64,000 nt of DNA from an uncultured bacterium. Lineage in GTDB: Bacteria > Oederibacteriota > Muellerivitia > Muellerivitales > Muellerivitaceae. Positions within the stretch are counted from its first letter, which is position 1; every line of letters starts with the position of its first letter. Where the stretch lies: NCBI GenBank assembly GCA_964525605.1, contig CAZGKT010000009.1, positions 5,815-69,814 of the forward strand, given 5' to 3'. The notes under the pieces were generated by a model. The model had not been told where the DNA came from and searched no databases. It was given only the letters and a program-made list of their open reading frames with translations. The translations under genes were made by a program, and so were the position numbers. Positions 34,861-43,859 of the stretch are shown here, one piece after another.

Positions 34861-36982
34861 TCGGCCCCACCTTCACACCATTGATGTGGATATCCGACAA
34901 TTGCATTAATTGCAATTGACTTATCTTTCCAGAAGCATAATTGGCGGCGGCTTGAGTTGACGTCACCAGATCAAGCTCATTTTTTCCATAATATACACGA
35001 GTCGAAATTTCTTTTAAACCTGTTCCTACAGAATTGACTGTCGTTTTAATGACATCCGCAGCCTCTTGGCACAAATACGGAATATAGCTTTGTTGGGATT
35101 TGTAACTCACCGTAACAATTTCATCCCCGTTGTCATTTTTGTCAAAATGAGCGTTTAACGGTTGATCGGGCGTTAAACTAGGGAACCCTAAAGATGGTAC
35201 CCCCCCAGCTTGTGGATACAGGGTATTGCCTTGACCTTCAACAGGGGTTGCCGTGATGGCTGCTGGCTGAGTATTAGAAGCTCCTTCGCCCAAAAGGTCT
35301 TTCAATGTTTGTTGAGCTAAAGAAGTAAGTTTTGCCCTTTCCTGAGCCAAAAGAGAAGCTTCTTGCTGCCGAATGGCCAACAATTTCGATGGATCCTTCG
35401 TAGCCGGAGGCGGCGGGGTAATCAATTCAACCGTTTGAACGGGAGTTGATCCGATATGGTCTAGTTGATCTTCAACTTGAAAGGCCCAAGAATAAACCCC
35501 GGCTGGCAACGGTCTGTACAAATCGTCCTCTCCCCCCCAAGCAACTTTTGTGGGAGGAGTTCCCTGTCCTCGTAATCCCCTTACTAAATGATTATTTTGA
35601 TCATAAATCAAGACACTCCAATGATGGACAGGAACGTCCTCAGTGGTATCCAAATAAAACATTGCCGACTCGCCCTGAGAAGGGGTAAACGAAGGCGGCT
35701 GCACATAAGCACTGACTTTCGGGGGAGGTAATTCTGCTCCTCCACCAAACCGATAAGCTAACCCAATATGGAATGGTTCGTAGTTAATTCCCCCTTGATC
35801 GATCGTTTGAAGCGACGAGCCTGCTGATATATCTGCCTCAGGGCCAACGGGCATCAAATAAGCCAAATCAGTTTGGAAATCACCGTTAAGCACTCGGACG
35901 CTTAAGCCCAATGAAATAGTGCCCGGACTAATAAAAGGGGTTGAATAACCCGCTCTCAATCCTAAAACATCTCTAAAAAACCAAAACTCCGTCCCAAACC
36001 GCAAATACTTGTTAGCTAAAGCTAGCGAAGAATCATCGAACCGGGGATCTGAAATTTGGTCAAAATCCAGGTCTGTTATGTTTCGAATTTTAAAAAGATA
36101 GTTATTTTTATAGGCTAATCCCAGGATAATTTCCGGCGGAACTGATGTCTCGTAACCCGGCCCCACACTAAACGAAACTGGTACGTTATAAATAGTATCA
36201 TCCAAATTAAGCCCATTCGTGTATTGAACACGACTAACCAGGTTGTTTAAGGCAACACCTAAACGAAATTCCTCAGTGTATTTTGAAACAGGAATCCTAA
36301 AAAGCAGACCAATATCAACACCATAGCCAATAACTTGAATAGGATCGCTCAGGGCGGATGCGACTTGATTATTGGGGTTCCCAAAATAGCGAATATAGTA
36401 TTGATCGTTCGTCACTCGCTTTACATTGATTCCGACTGAAAAATTTTGAATGGCAGAAAACCGAGCAGCATAGGACAGAACGATTTCACTTTCTTGAAAT
36501 GTTGGATTTAATAAATAGCTGGCTTCCCCTCTAATGGGCGAAGATAGTGGGCTACCCGCCAGAAAATCGATTTGCGGATGAAATGGGCGAAAGAGGGAAA
36601 TCCCCAAAGTGTTTTCCTTGGCGATCGGCATAATGAATTGAAAAGATGCGTAATAAGGGAACCCAAAAGCCGGTAACCCGTTCAAGTTTTCAGTAAAATA
36701 AACCGGTGCGCTCGAAATGGAAAATTCATAGGATGAAAGTTGTGATAATCCCGCGACATTCCAATAGGCGGCAGAAGCATCATCTGCCACAGCAGTAAAT
36801 GCACCTCCCATACCCATTGCTCTTGGTCCAATCCCCAAACTATCGGGACGAGCAAAAATCAAATCATCGTTTTGTGAATAAACCGCTGTCGTTAAAAAAA
36901 CATAAACGAGGAAAAGACATGCTACCCCCGCCAAACGGGGAAAAGTCCATTTCGGGGACAGTTTATTGGAGAACGATTTCAT
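34850..36982 (-). CDS. PorV-like outer-membrane beta-barrel fused to a FlgD-Ig/CHU_C-like domain and a C-terminal unknown domain
   Basis: 'GIGPRAMGMGGAFTAVADDASAAYWNVAGL'; barrel ends 'HIGLAYRFGG'; then 'FTP...HWSVLIYDQNNHLVRGLRGQGTPPTKVAWGGEDDLYRPLPAGVYSW'. Start set at ATG 36982. Confidence 0.7.
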   Translation of the reverse strand: MKSFSNKLSPKWTFPRLAGVACLFLVYVFLTTAVYSQNDDLIFARPDSLGIGPRAMGMGGAFTAVADDASAAYWNVAGLSQLSSYEFSISSAPVYFTENLNGLPAFGFPYYASFQFIMPIAKENTLGISLFRPFHPQIDFLAGSPLSSPIRGEASYLLNPTFQESEIVLSYAARFSAIQNFSVGINVKRVTNDQYYIRYFGNPNNQVASALSDPIQVIGYGVDIGLLFRIPVSKYTEEFRLGVALNNLVSRVQYTNGLNLDDTIYNVPVSFSVGPGYETSVPPEIILGLAYKNNYLFKIRNITDLDFDQISDPRFDDSSLALANKYLRFGTEFWFFRDVLGLRAGYSTPFISPGTISLGLSVRVLNGDFQTDLAYLMPVGPEADISAGSSLQTIDQGGINYEPFHIGLAYRFGGGAELPPPKVSAYVQPPSFTPSQGESAMFYLDTTEDVPVHHWSVLIYDQNNHLVRGLRGQGTPPTKVAWGGEDDLYRPLPAGVYSWAFQVEDQLDHIGSTPVQTVELITPPPPATKDPSKLLAIRQQEASLLAQERAKLTSLAQQTLKDLLGEGASNTQPAAITATPVEGQGNTLYPQAGGVPSLGFPSLTPDQPLNAHFDKNDNGDEIVTVSYKSQQSYIPYLCQEAADVIKTTVNSVGTGLKEISTRVYYGKNELDLVTSTQAAANYASGKISQLQLMQLSDIHINGVKVGPNGY

Positions 36983-37095
36983 TTTGTCCACTTCCCTCAC
37001 CCTTCTCGCCACCCCTAATTAGGCGCGAATAAATATGGTCCAACTGCTCTCTCTCCCCAATTCCAACATAACAAGGAAGGGGTTCTTTGTGTGTA

Positions 37096-37404
37096 TTACA
37101 ACTTTACCTTTCGAGCGTTTTCCGCACGATAAACCGCCACCAATATTTCGGCTATAACCTGATAAAGTTCTCCAGGAATGTCCTGGTTTACATTCAATGA
37201 ATCCAACATTTCTACCAACAACTTGTCTTCAACTATCGGTACTCCATTTTGCCTAGCCAACCCAATCAAACGGTCTGCAATCAATCCTCTGCCCTTAGCA
37301 ACTACTCGGGGGGCCGTCATTGTTTCCCGGTCATATTTCAAAGCCACTGCGGCTTTACGTGAGCTCTTTTTTCGCGGAGCCGGACTCAAAATCAAACCTT
37401 CCAA
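37096..37404 (-). CDS. Stand-alone FlhB C-terminal (EscU/YscU/HrcU-like, YlqH/FlhX-type) protein
   Basis: 'KAAVALKYD...APRVVAKGRG..ADRLIGLARQNGVPIVED..LVEML...IPGELYQVIAEIL' corresponds to the post-cleavage FlhB-CC fragment. Confidence 0.85.
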   Translation of the reverse strand: MEGLILSPAPRKKSSRKAAVALKYDRETMTAPRVVAKGRGLIADRLIGLARQNGVPIVEDKLLVEMLDSLNVNQDIPGELYQVIAEILVAVYRAENARKVKL

Positions 37405-38054
37405 TCAAGGCGAAAACCTTGCGGAATTCGAAAGGGTTCCTTAAGTCGATTCACGGTACCTGTTAGGCAAAAACCAGCCTTTCGAAGGGATTGTTCAACA
37501 TTCTGAACCAATTCACGAATAACTTCCTCTTTGTTTTTTTGCCCACCATAAAGTTGAACTTCCGCGTTTTTCCCCCATAAATGAATACTCCATTGTAAAT
37601 CCCCCAAACGTTCTGTGGTAAATGTAATGATGAAATAAACAACTTTTTTTTTGCCCAGTTTTTCTTTTCCATTAGGAGTATAAATCTCAATTCTTGCTTT
37701 GCCCCCCTTGCCGCCAAACGCCAAAGGAAAAAAGGCCGTTAAAGCCAATACAGCTTCACTTTCTATTAGCCAAGCATTAACAACATTTCCGTCAAAAGCC
37801 TCCGAGGAAGGCACGTTCGAAGTGCGAAAAACCCGCACTGGCGTGCCGATTTTCAAGCCTACAGCGCCTTTAACTTTAGCCTGCACACTATCCCGAAATG
37901 TTGCCAAATATAGTCCGGGGGAAAATATCTTTTCAATTAAAGCGGTCTCTCCATCCTTAAACCCTAATGGTAACAAACTCGTTGAAGCAGACCCCAGGAT
38001 TATCAAATTAGGATCCTGAGAAACAATCTTATCCATGATTCTCAAATGCCCCAA
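37392..38054 (-). CDS. Small protein with FliK C-terminal (T3S4)-like domain
   Basis: 'YFIITFTTERLGDLQWSIHL...EVQLY...LVQNVEQSLRKAGF'; adjacent to the FlhB-C gene. Confidence 0.5.
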   Translation of the reverse strand: MGHLRIMDKIVSQDPNLIILGSASTSLLPLGFKDGETALIEKIFSPGLYLATFRDSVQAKVKGAVGLKIGTPVRVFRTSNVPSSEAFDGNVVNAWLIESEAVLALTAFFPLAFGGKGGKARIEIYTPNGKEKLGKKKVVYFIITFTTERLGDLQWSIHLWGKNAEVQLYGGQKNKEEVIRELVQNVEQSLRKAGFCLTGTVNRLKEPFRIPQGFRLDWKV

Positions 38055-38065
38055 AAGTCAAAATT

Positions 38066-38689
38066 TCAATTTGGCGTCGTAAATCGATTTCCGCGCAAAT
38101 TCAAAATAAGCTGAATTTCCGCAAGGCTCAACTTGGTTTTCTCACAAATCGACTTCAAATCATTTTCTTCATCGATTAAGCGGTAAACTTCACGGACAAT
38201 TTCTGAAGAAAGCCCATGCATTCCAGACCCTTCATCTTTTGATGAATCCGGTTGGTTTTTTTTAAATAGATCTTTTGACATTTCTCTGGGGATATTCTTA
38301 GAGTTTGATTTTTTATCACCTTTGGGCAATTGAATAAACGCAACATTATTATCTTTGTTTTTTCTTGTGATTTCGACATCAGGTTTCAAAGCATCTATTC
38401 GGATGGATTCTTTTTGAATTTTTTTAATCAACTTCTGTAACAGATCTGTTTTTTCCTCCGCAATGCGGACTTCTTTTTGGATACTTTGAGAAACTTCATT
38501 CCCAAGTTGTTTAAGGGTAAGAAGCAAATCTTGAAGTTGTTCTTTAATTTCAGTCGCCTGAACACTTTTCAAAACTTCAAAGTCATCGTTTTTTTTACGA
38601 GTTTGACTGATAGAGTAATTGAACAAAAACATAATCCCAAAAATAAAAATAGCATCGAAAAGGATTTGAAGAATGTTAAAAACGTTCAT
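38066..38689 (-). CDS. SwrB/DUF2802-like membrane-anchored coiled-coil protein with C-terminal HTH
   Basis: N-terminal TM, coiled coil, C-terminal 'REVYRLIDEENDLKSICEKTKLSLAEIQLILNLR'; located after fliA-fapA. Confidence 0.55.
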   Translation of the reverse strand: MNVFNILQILFDAIFIFGIMFLFNYSISQTRKKNDDFEVLKSVQATEIKEQLQDLLLTLKQLGNEVSQSIQKEVRIAEEKTDLLQKLIKKIQKESIRIDALKPDVEITRKNKDNNVAFIQLPKGDKKSNSKNIPREMSKDLFKKNQPDSSKDEGSGMHGLSSEIVREVYRLIDEENDLKSICEKTKLSLAEIQLILNLRGNRFTTPN

Positions 38690-38721
38690 ATGACACCTTA
38701 TCAGTTATTGGCTAAAGGAGA

Positions 38722-40416
38722 TCAATTCCCCCTGAACGGCCCAACTTTCACTTCCCCATCTGATTCGGTCAATGTGCAATATTTCAATTCCTCCGAGACC
38801 TGACGAGAAGCCTTATTGATGGTAATTTTTACACCTGTATGAATGATTCCCATACAAGTAACCTTTGCCATTCGACGTCTTTCTTCAGCCCCCTGTTGGT
38901 CGATTTTTTCTAATTCTTGTTTTTTCTCAGTCTGGGCTTTTGTATCTGCCATTAATTTAAATTGGGCCCGAGTGAGTTTGGTCAATAGCTCTTTTTTGTC
39001 CGGGGGAAGATTTCCACCCATTTTCGTTTGCAAATCCTTTAGGAACTGGATTCCCTTTTTTGTTTTGTCTAAATTCTCCACGGATGCTTTTAATTCATTT
39101 TCGATTTTTTGAATCTCATCACGAAGTCCTATCGCTTCTCCCACAATGATTTCAGTCGGAGTCGCGAAATTGGAGCCCATCGAGGCTGCGTTCACTTCAA
39201 GGCCCGCAATTACTTGGCCACCGACAACAACCCCCTTTTTCCCTGCCACAGTTACCTTTCCGCCCACTGTTACCTTACTGTGCATAATGGCTTGAGATGT
39301 GGATAGGTTCCCGCCCACCTCGACAATGGCATTTCGGATATATTTAATGTTTGCATCACTTTGACAGATGATTTTACCCTTGTCGTTTCCGCTAACCCCC
39401 CCCGCTATAGTCAATTTACCTCCGCACTTTAATTCGGCCCCCTCAACCACGCCATTAACTATCAGGTCTTCTCCCGCAAAAACTTTGAAGCCATCTTTCA
39501 CATCGCCTCTCACGATGATAGTTCCAATAAAATCAAGATTTCCCGTAGATAAATTGACATCACCCGGGATTTCATAAAGGGCCATAACTGAAATTTTATT
39601 ATCTTTTACGATAACTTGTCCGTCACTATCTGCGATCCATTCATCGTTATTGTCGGGAGAGACAATAACGCCCTTTCCGGCTGTCACTTCAATATCTTGC
39701 CCATTTTTAGCTTCAAGAGCCTTTCCAGTAACAGTCATCCCCGAGACACCTTTTGTTGGAGGTATTTTTCTGGCCAGAAGTGTCCCTTTAATAATATTGT
39801 CGATTTTATGGACTGCACGATAATCGACTCGGCCATCCTCTGTTTCTTCCAGAACCGGCGTTTGTTGTTCTGTTTCTTCGGCCTTTGCTTTATATAGATA
39901 TTCGACTCTAGCATCCTCACCATTAGTAACAGGTGTTCCAAATGCAATTTCTAACTCAATGGGTTCGGAGATGTTCTTGGAAGCAGTCATTTGAGCTAAC
40001 TTCGAGGAAAGTTCCGCCATTCGATTTTCATCAATTCCATATACAACAGATCTCCGAACCAACGCTTCCCGAACATCATCAACGGTGGAAAAATGCCCTG
40101 TATCTGCCGAAGGAGGAACAACAGTTAGTTTTACCGACATTTCATCGTCACTTATTTCAACGAAGACTTGATCCTGACCAGGGGATGTTGGAGCTTTTTT
40201 ACTTACTATTTTTTGAGGTTTTCCCAATGCCTGCGAGACAATTTGGGTCAACATCACAGGGTTATCTGGGTTAACTTTATGCTTAAATAGTTCTTTTTTC
40301 ACATCCTCGAGGGTGACTTTCACGCCCTTCCCCGCAGGAGGAAAAACGGTTAAATAAACCCCGTCATTTTCGGTGGTGATCGTCGTGTATCCGTTCTGAT
40401 CCTTTGAAACGACCAT
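38722..40416 (-). CDS. fapA: Flagellar assembly protein A (FapA/DUF342)
   Basis: 'GRVDYRAVHKIDNIIKGTLLARKIPPTKG', 'GDVNLSTGNLDFIGTIIVRGDVKDGFKV', beta-helix repeats. Start at MVVSKD (40416) after a strong SD. Confidence 0.85.
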   Translation of the reverse strand: MVVSKDQNGYTTITTENDGVYLTVFPPAGKGVKVTLEDVKKELFKHKVNPDNPVMLTQIVSQALGKPQKIVSKKAPTSPGQDQVFVEISDDEMSVKLTVVPPSADTGHFSTVDDVREALVRRSVVYGIDENRMAELSSKLAQMTASKNISEPIELEIAFGTPVTNGEDARVEYLYKAKAEETEQQTPVLEETEDGRVDYRAVHKIDNIIKGTLLARKIPPTKGVSGMTVTGKALEAKNGQDIEVTAGKGVIVSPDNNDEWIADSDGQVIVKDNKISVMALYEIPGDVNLSTGNLDFIGTIIVRGDVKDGFKVFAGEDLIVNGVVEGAELKCGGKLTIAGGVSGNDKGKIICQSDANIKYIRNAIVEVGGNLSTSQAIMHSKVTVGGKVTVAGKKGVVVGGQVIAGLEVNAASMGSNFATPTEIIVGEAIGLRDEIQKIENELKASVENLDKTKKGIQFLKDLQTKMGGNLPPDKKELLTKLTRAQFKLMADTKAQTEKKQELEKIDQQGAEERRRMAKVTCMGIIHTGVKITINKASRQVSEELKYCTLTESDGEVKVGPFRGN

Positions 40417-41206
40417 GTGCCTTCCCTCCTTCGACAAATTCCTGCAGACGAAAGACCGCCATATGATGAATTTGACAAACCCTGGATTCGCTGACTTGGA
40501 GAACTTTTCCAATTTCCTTAAAAGTCAGTGTCTCCATATAATAAAGTTGTAAAACCTTTTGTTCCGAATCTCCCAATCTTTTCAAGGCATCGGTAACTTG
40601 TTCAATTTTCTCCTGAATCTCAACTTTATCAAGCGGATTCTCAGCTTTATCGTCAACCAAAACATCTGCCCAAGTGCTTCCATCCCCAGCTTTCTGCATT
40701 TCCGCGTCCAACGATAAAAGGTTCAACATATTGATTTCAGCCACCCAATCGTAAAAAACTTCTAAATCCACCCCCAAAGCTTTTGCGGTTTCCTCAGGCC
40801 GGGGTGATCTTTCAAGTTTTGACTCTATTTTTTTTTCCGCCTCCTGAATCATTCTGGCCTGTTTTCGAAGGTTGCGCCTGGCAAAATCCATTCCCCTGAG
40901 CTCATCCACCATCTGGCCACGTATTCGATACCGCGCGTATGCCTCAAAAGCTCTTCCCGGGACATCTTTTTTATCAGGCGGAGGGACAAAAAGATCTAGC
41001 GCTTTTAAAAGACCAATCGCACCTGCAGAGGCCAAATCATCTTTTTTTTCCCAATAAACCTTGGAGGGCAACCGGGCAAGGAGTCTTCTGTTTTCTGCAT
41101 CGACCAAAAAAAGATAATTTCTTGCAAGAACGTCACGACATTCCAGTTCCCTTTTGTTTTTAAGATATTTTTTCCACACGCCCCGCAACACATCTTCTTG
41201 GGTCAT
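40364..41206 (-). CDS. fliA: RNA polymerase sigma factor FliA/WhiG (sigma28)
   Basis: 'DDLASAGAIGLLKALDLF..FEAYARYRIRGQMVDELRGMD', 'LLSLD', 'LYYMETLTFKEIGKVLQVSESRVCQIH'. Confidence 0.9.
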   Translation of the reverse strand: MTQEDVLRGVWKKYLKNKRELECRDVLARNYLFLVDAENRRLLARLPSKVYWEKKDDLASAGAIGLLKALDLFVPPPDKKDVPGRAFEAYARYRIRGQMVDELRGMDFARRNLRKQARMIQEAEKKIESKLERSPRPEETAKALGVDLEVFYDWVAEINMLNLLSLDAEMQKAGDGSTWADVLVDDKAENPLDKVEIQEKIEQVTDALKRLGDSEQKVLQLYYMETLTFKEIGKVLQVSESRVCQIHHMAVFRLQEFVEGGKAHGRFKGSERIHDDHHRK

Positions 41207-41216
41207 CAAAAAAACG

Positions 41217-41627
41217 CTAACCTTGCTGATCGGGGGAAATTTCAGGAAAAACAAAATCAACCGTTTGGCCCTTTTCTTCACTAGATTCTATCGGTGCAGA
41301 GGAGTCCAACGGTATGGCTGGTTCAAGTATGAGATTCTCAGACAAAGTGTCTATTTTTTCTTGGTCCATTTTTTCCAAAATTGGGCCAATATATTTTATG
41401 CCCAACCATGTCATGACCCCTCCGGTCAAAAAACCTAATAACACTGCTGTTAGAAAAGCTAAAATGATCGAATCGATGGGCAAACCTTCATAAGCCCCTA
41501 TCAAAGAAACCATCAAAAAGGCCAAAACAGCGCAGGCGGTTCCGCCTACCAGAATCATATGAAAAATTCCATAAGGCTTTTCCCTGGTCAACTCATAAAA
41601 TTGCTTTCCGTTTTTGTGGTCAGGCAT
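41217..41627 (-). CDS. Hypothetical 2-TM membrane protein between flhG and fliA
   Basis: Two hydrophobic segments and an acidic C-terminal tail; no recognised motif. Confidence 0.55.
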   Translation of the reverse strand: MPDHKNGKQFYELTREKPYGIFHMILVGGTACAVLAFLMVSLIGAYEGLPIDSIILAFLTAVLLGFLTGGVMTWLGIKYIGPILEKMDQEKIDTLSENLILEPAIPLDSSAPIESSEEKGQTVDFVFPEISPDQQG

Positions 41628-41746
41628 ACTCTTCTCCTAACTTTTGTTTTTAACTTTTCAAAATTCTTTTCGTTAAAATCCAATTATAAATTTCGTTATT
41701 TGTTCCTGACATCTGACTCGACTTCAACAAAATTAATTTTTCCACT

Positions 41747-42652
41747 TCAACCATGTCCATGTCCCCCAAAAAGAAGGGTAACTTTCTTGAAAAATTGGGA
41801 AAGGTTTCCGTCGCCAGAATAAATCTTGCCAGAAAAATAAGTCTCGGCGATTCGGGTTAAGCCAAGAGCTGCAGGACTCATCGGGGATGAAAGCAGAATT
41901 GGATTTTGCTCCTTAACTGCCCTGACCATTCCCATGTCCCTCAGAATAGAACCTATATAATTGACCTCTAAGGATAAAAACCTCTTGGAAAGAACAACTA
42001 ATTTGCGACCAGCCTCTTCTCCCTCTGCGGGATTGGATGCCATATTAACAACAACAGAAATAACCGGGTTTTTCTTTTCACGGTAAATGGTTTTTATCAT
42101 ACCGTAGGCATCCATAAGCGCCGTAGGTTCGGGGGTCGTAACCACAATGACTTCCTCTGCGGCTAATACAAACGCCAAAACGTTGCGATGTAATCCCGCA
42201 CCCGTATCAATCAAAATGACATCTTCGCGATTCTGAAGTTCAAGAAGATCTTGGAGAAACCGATTACGTTGAACATCAGTTAATTCTGCAAGTTCTTGTA
42301 TCCCACCTGAACCTGAAGCGACTAACCTCAAACCTAGCGGTCCTTCAATAATGATTTCTGAAAGTTGTTTTTTCCCAGTTAAGACATCGAACAAAGTGTT
42401 AGGCGGGATAATTCCCATCATGACATCCACATTGGCCAAGCCCATATCTGCATCCATGAGCAAAACACGTTTCCCTTTTCTGGCAAGAGCAAGTCCAAAA
42501 TTGACGGATATGTTTGTTTTTCCAACCCCCCCCTTACCGCTCGTTATGGCAACAATACGGCACGAACCCGCTGAACCCGAAGATATATCCAGAAGTTGAG
42601 GGGTACTAATTTTTCCGACTAATTGTCGAAGCTTTTCAGCTTGATCCTGCAT
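41747..42652 (-). CDS. flhG: Flagellar number regulator FlhG/FleN (MinD-like ATPase)
   Basis: 'MQDQAEKLRQL', 'ITSGKGGVGKTN', 'DADMGLANVD', 'IDTGAG', 'TTPEPTALMDAY'. Confidence 0.93.
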   Translation of the reverse strand: MQDQAEKLRQLVGKISTPQLLDISSGSAGSCRIVAITSGKGGVGKTNISVNFGLALARKGKRVLLMDADMGLANVDVMMGIIPPNTLFDVLTGKKQLSEIIIEGPLGLRLVASGSGGIQELAELTDVQRNRFLQDLLELQNREDVILIDTGAGLHRNVLAFVLAAEEVIVVTTPEPTALMDAYGMIKTIYREKKNPVISVVVNMASNPAEGEEAGRKLVVLSKRFLSLEVNYIGSILRDMGMVRAVKEQNPILLSSPMSPAALGLTRIAETYFSGKIYSGDGNLSQFFKKVTLLFGGHGHG

Positions 42653-42665
42653 GAAAGCCCTTTCG

Positions 42666-43859
42666 TCAGCTCAAAAGCGAACGCGTGATACGTTCAGCCA
42701 ATATTGGAATGTCTGGAACTTCTAGGTCGTCGGGAACATTTTGACCTGTTGAATAATAGGCCAATGGAATCTGAAAATTATTCATCAAATTTAAAAAAGC
42801 TCCATAAAAACGGGTTTCATCTAGCTTTGTAAAAATCATCCGGTTCAAAGGAACAGACATCCCAAATTTCTCAATTATACGGATCATATCCAAATATTTA
42901 GTTGTTGCTGATAAGACCAAATGAATCTCATCCACCTGGCTCTTGGCTATGAATTGTTTGAGTTCCTCCAACTGTTCTTCGTTAGAAGGGCTTCTTCCGG
43001 CGGTATCGAGCAGTATCAGATCCACCCCTTTATGCCGATTGAGAACAGTCCTAATCTCATCTGCACCATTGGCCACTTCAACCGGTATACCCATGATTCT
43101 TCCATAAGTCCGAAGTTGTTCTGTCGCTGCAATCCGGTAAGTATCTGCAGTTATCATGGCTACTTTTTTACCTTCCATTAAACTGAACCGGGCAGCCAAT
43201 TTGGCCAGAGTGGTGGTTTTTCCTACGCCAGTAGGGCCTACAAAGGCAATCACTTTTTGAAATCCGTTGAAAGCCATGGGCGGTGAAATTTTCAACGATG
43301 ATGCTACTTGTCGGTTTAACCATAAGAAAACTTCTTCTGGCCGATCAGGATCAATTTTTTCTTGAATCATTCCTCGAACAATTTTTTGAATGAGAAAATC
43401 TTCCACTTCTTGTTTGGCCAGTCTTTTTTTGAGTCGGTTTAGTCCTTCGGAAATAATCGCGTTCCCGTCGGGCTGTTGCATCTCTTTTATCAAACTTGCA
43501 ACACTCGATGTCTTCATCTCATTCAGTTCTCTTTGAAGCGCTTTTACCTTCGTCCGGGCTGGATCAAGTGTTCCCATCGGACGTCCCGAGGATAAAGGGG
43601 AGGAATTAGATAATGGAATTTCATTTCTTTCTAGAATAGGCGGAACAGCTACCGGCGCGAGCTTTCGTCTGGACATATCATCCATAAGATTAAGTTCTAC
43701 GCCCGCAGTGATCTCAGCCACTGGTTTACCGAAAAGACCCAAAACCCCGCCTTTCCGAAAGGTCTTCGTATACAGAATGACCGCTTCCGGCCCCAAATCT
43801 TTTTTTACCTTCATAAGCGCTTCTTGTATTGTAGGAGCTTCGTAGCGTTTGATTCTCAT
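42666..43859 (-). CDS. flhF: Flagellar biosynthesis GTPase FlhF
   Basis: 'MRIKRYEAPTIQEALMKVKKDLGPEAVIL', GPTGVGKTTT, DTAGRS, TKLDE. Confidence 0.94.
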   Translation of the reverse strand: MRIKRYEAPTIQEALMKVKKDLGPEAVILYTKTFRKGGVLGLFGKPVAEITAGVELNLMDDMSRRKLAPVAVPPILERNEIPLSNSSPLSSGRPMGTLDPARTKVKALQRELNEMKTSSVASLIKEMQQPDGNAIISEGLNRLKKRLAKQEVEDFLIQKIVRGMIQEKIDPDRPEEVFLWLNRQVASSLKISPPMAFNGFQKVIAFVGPTGVGKTTTLAKLAARFSLMEGKKVAMITADTYRIAATEQLRTYGRIMGIPVEVANGADEIRTVLNRHKGVDLILLDTAGRSPSNEEQLEELKQFIAKSQVDEIHLVLSATTKYLDMIRIIEKFGMSVPLNRMIFTKLDETRFYGAFLNLMNNFQIPLAYYSTGQNVPDDLEVPDIPILAERITRSLLS

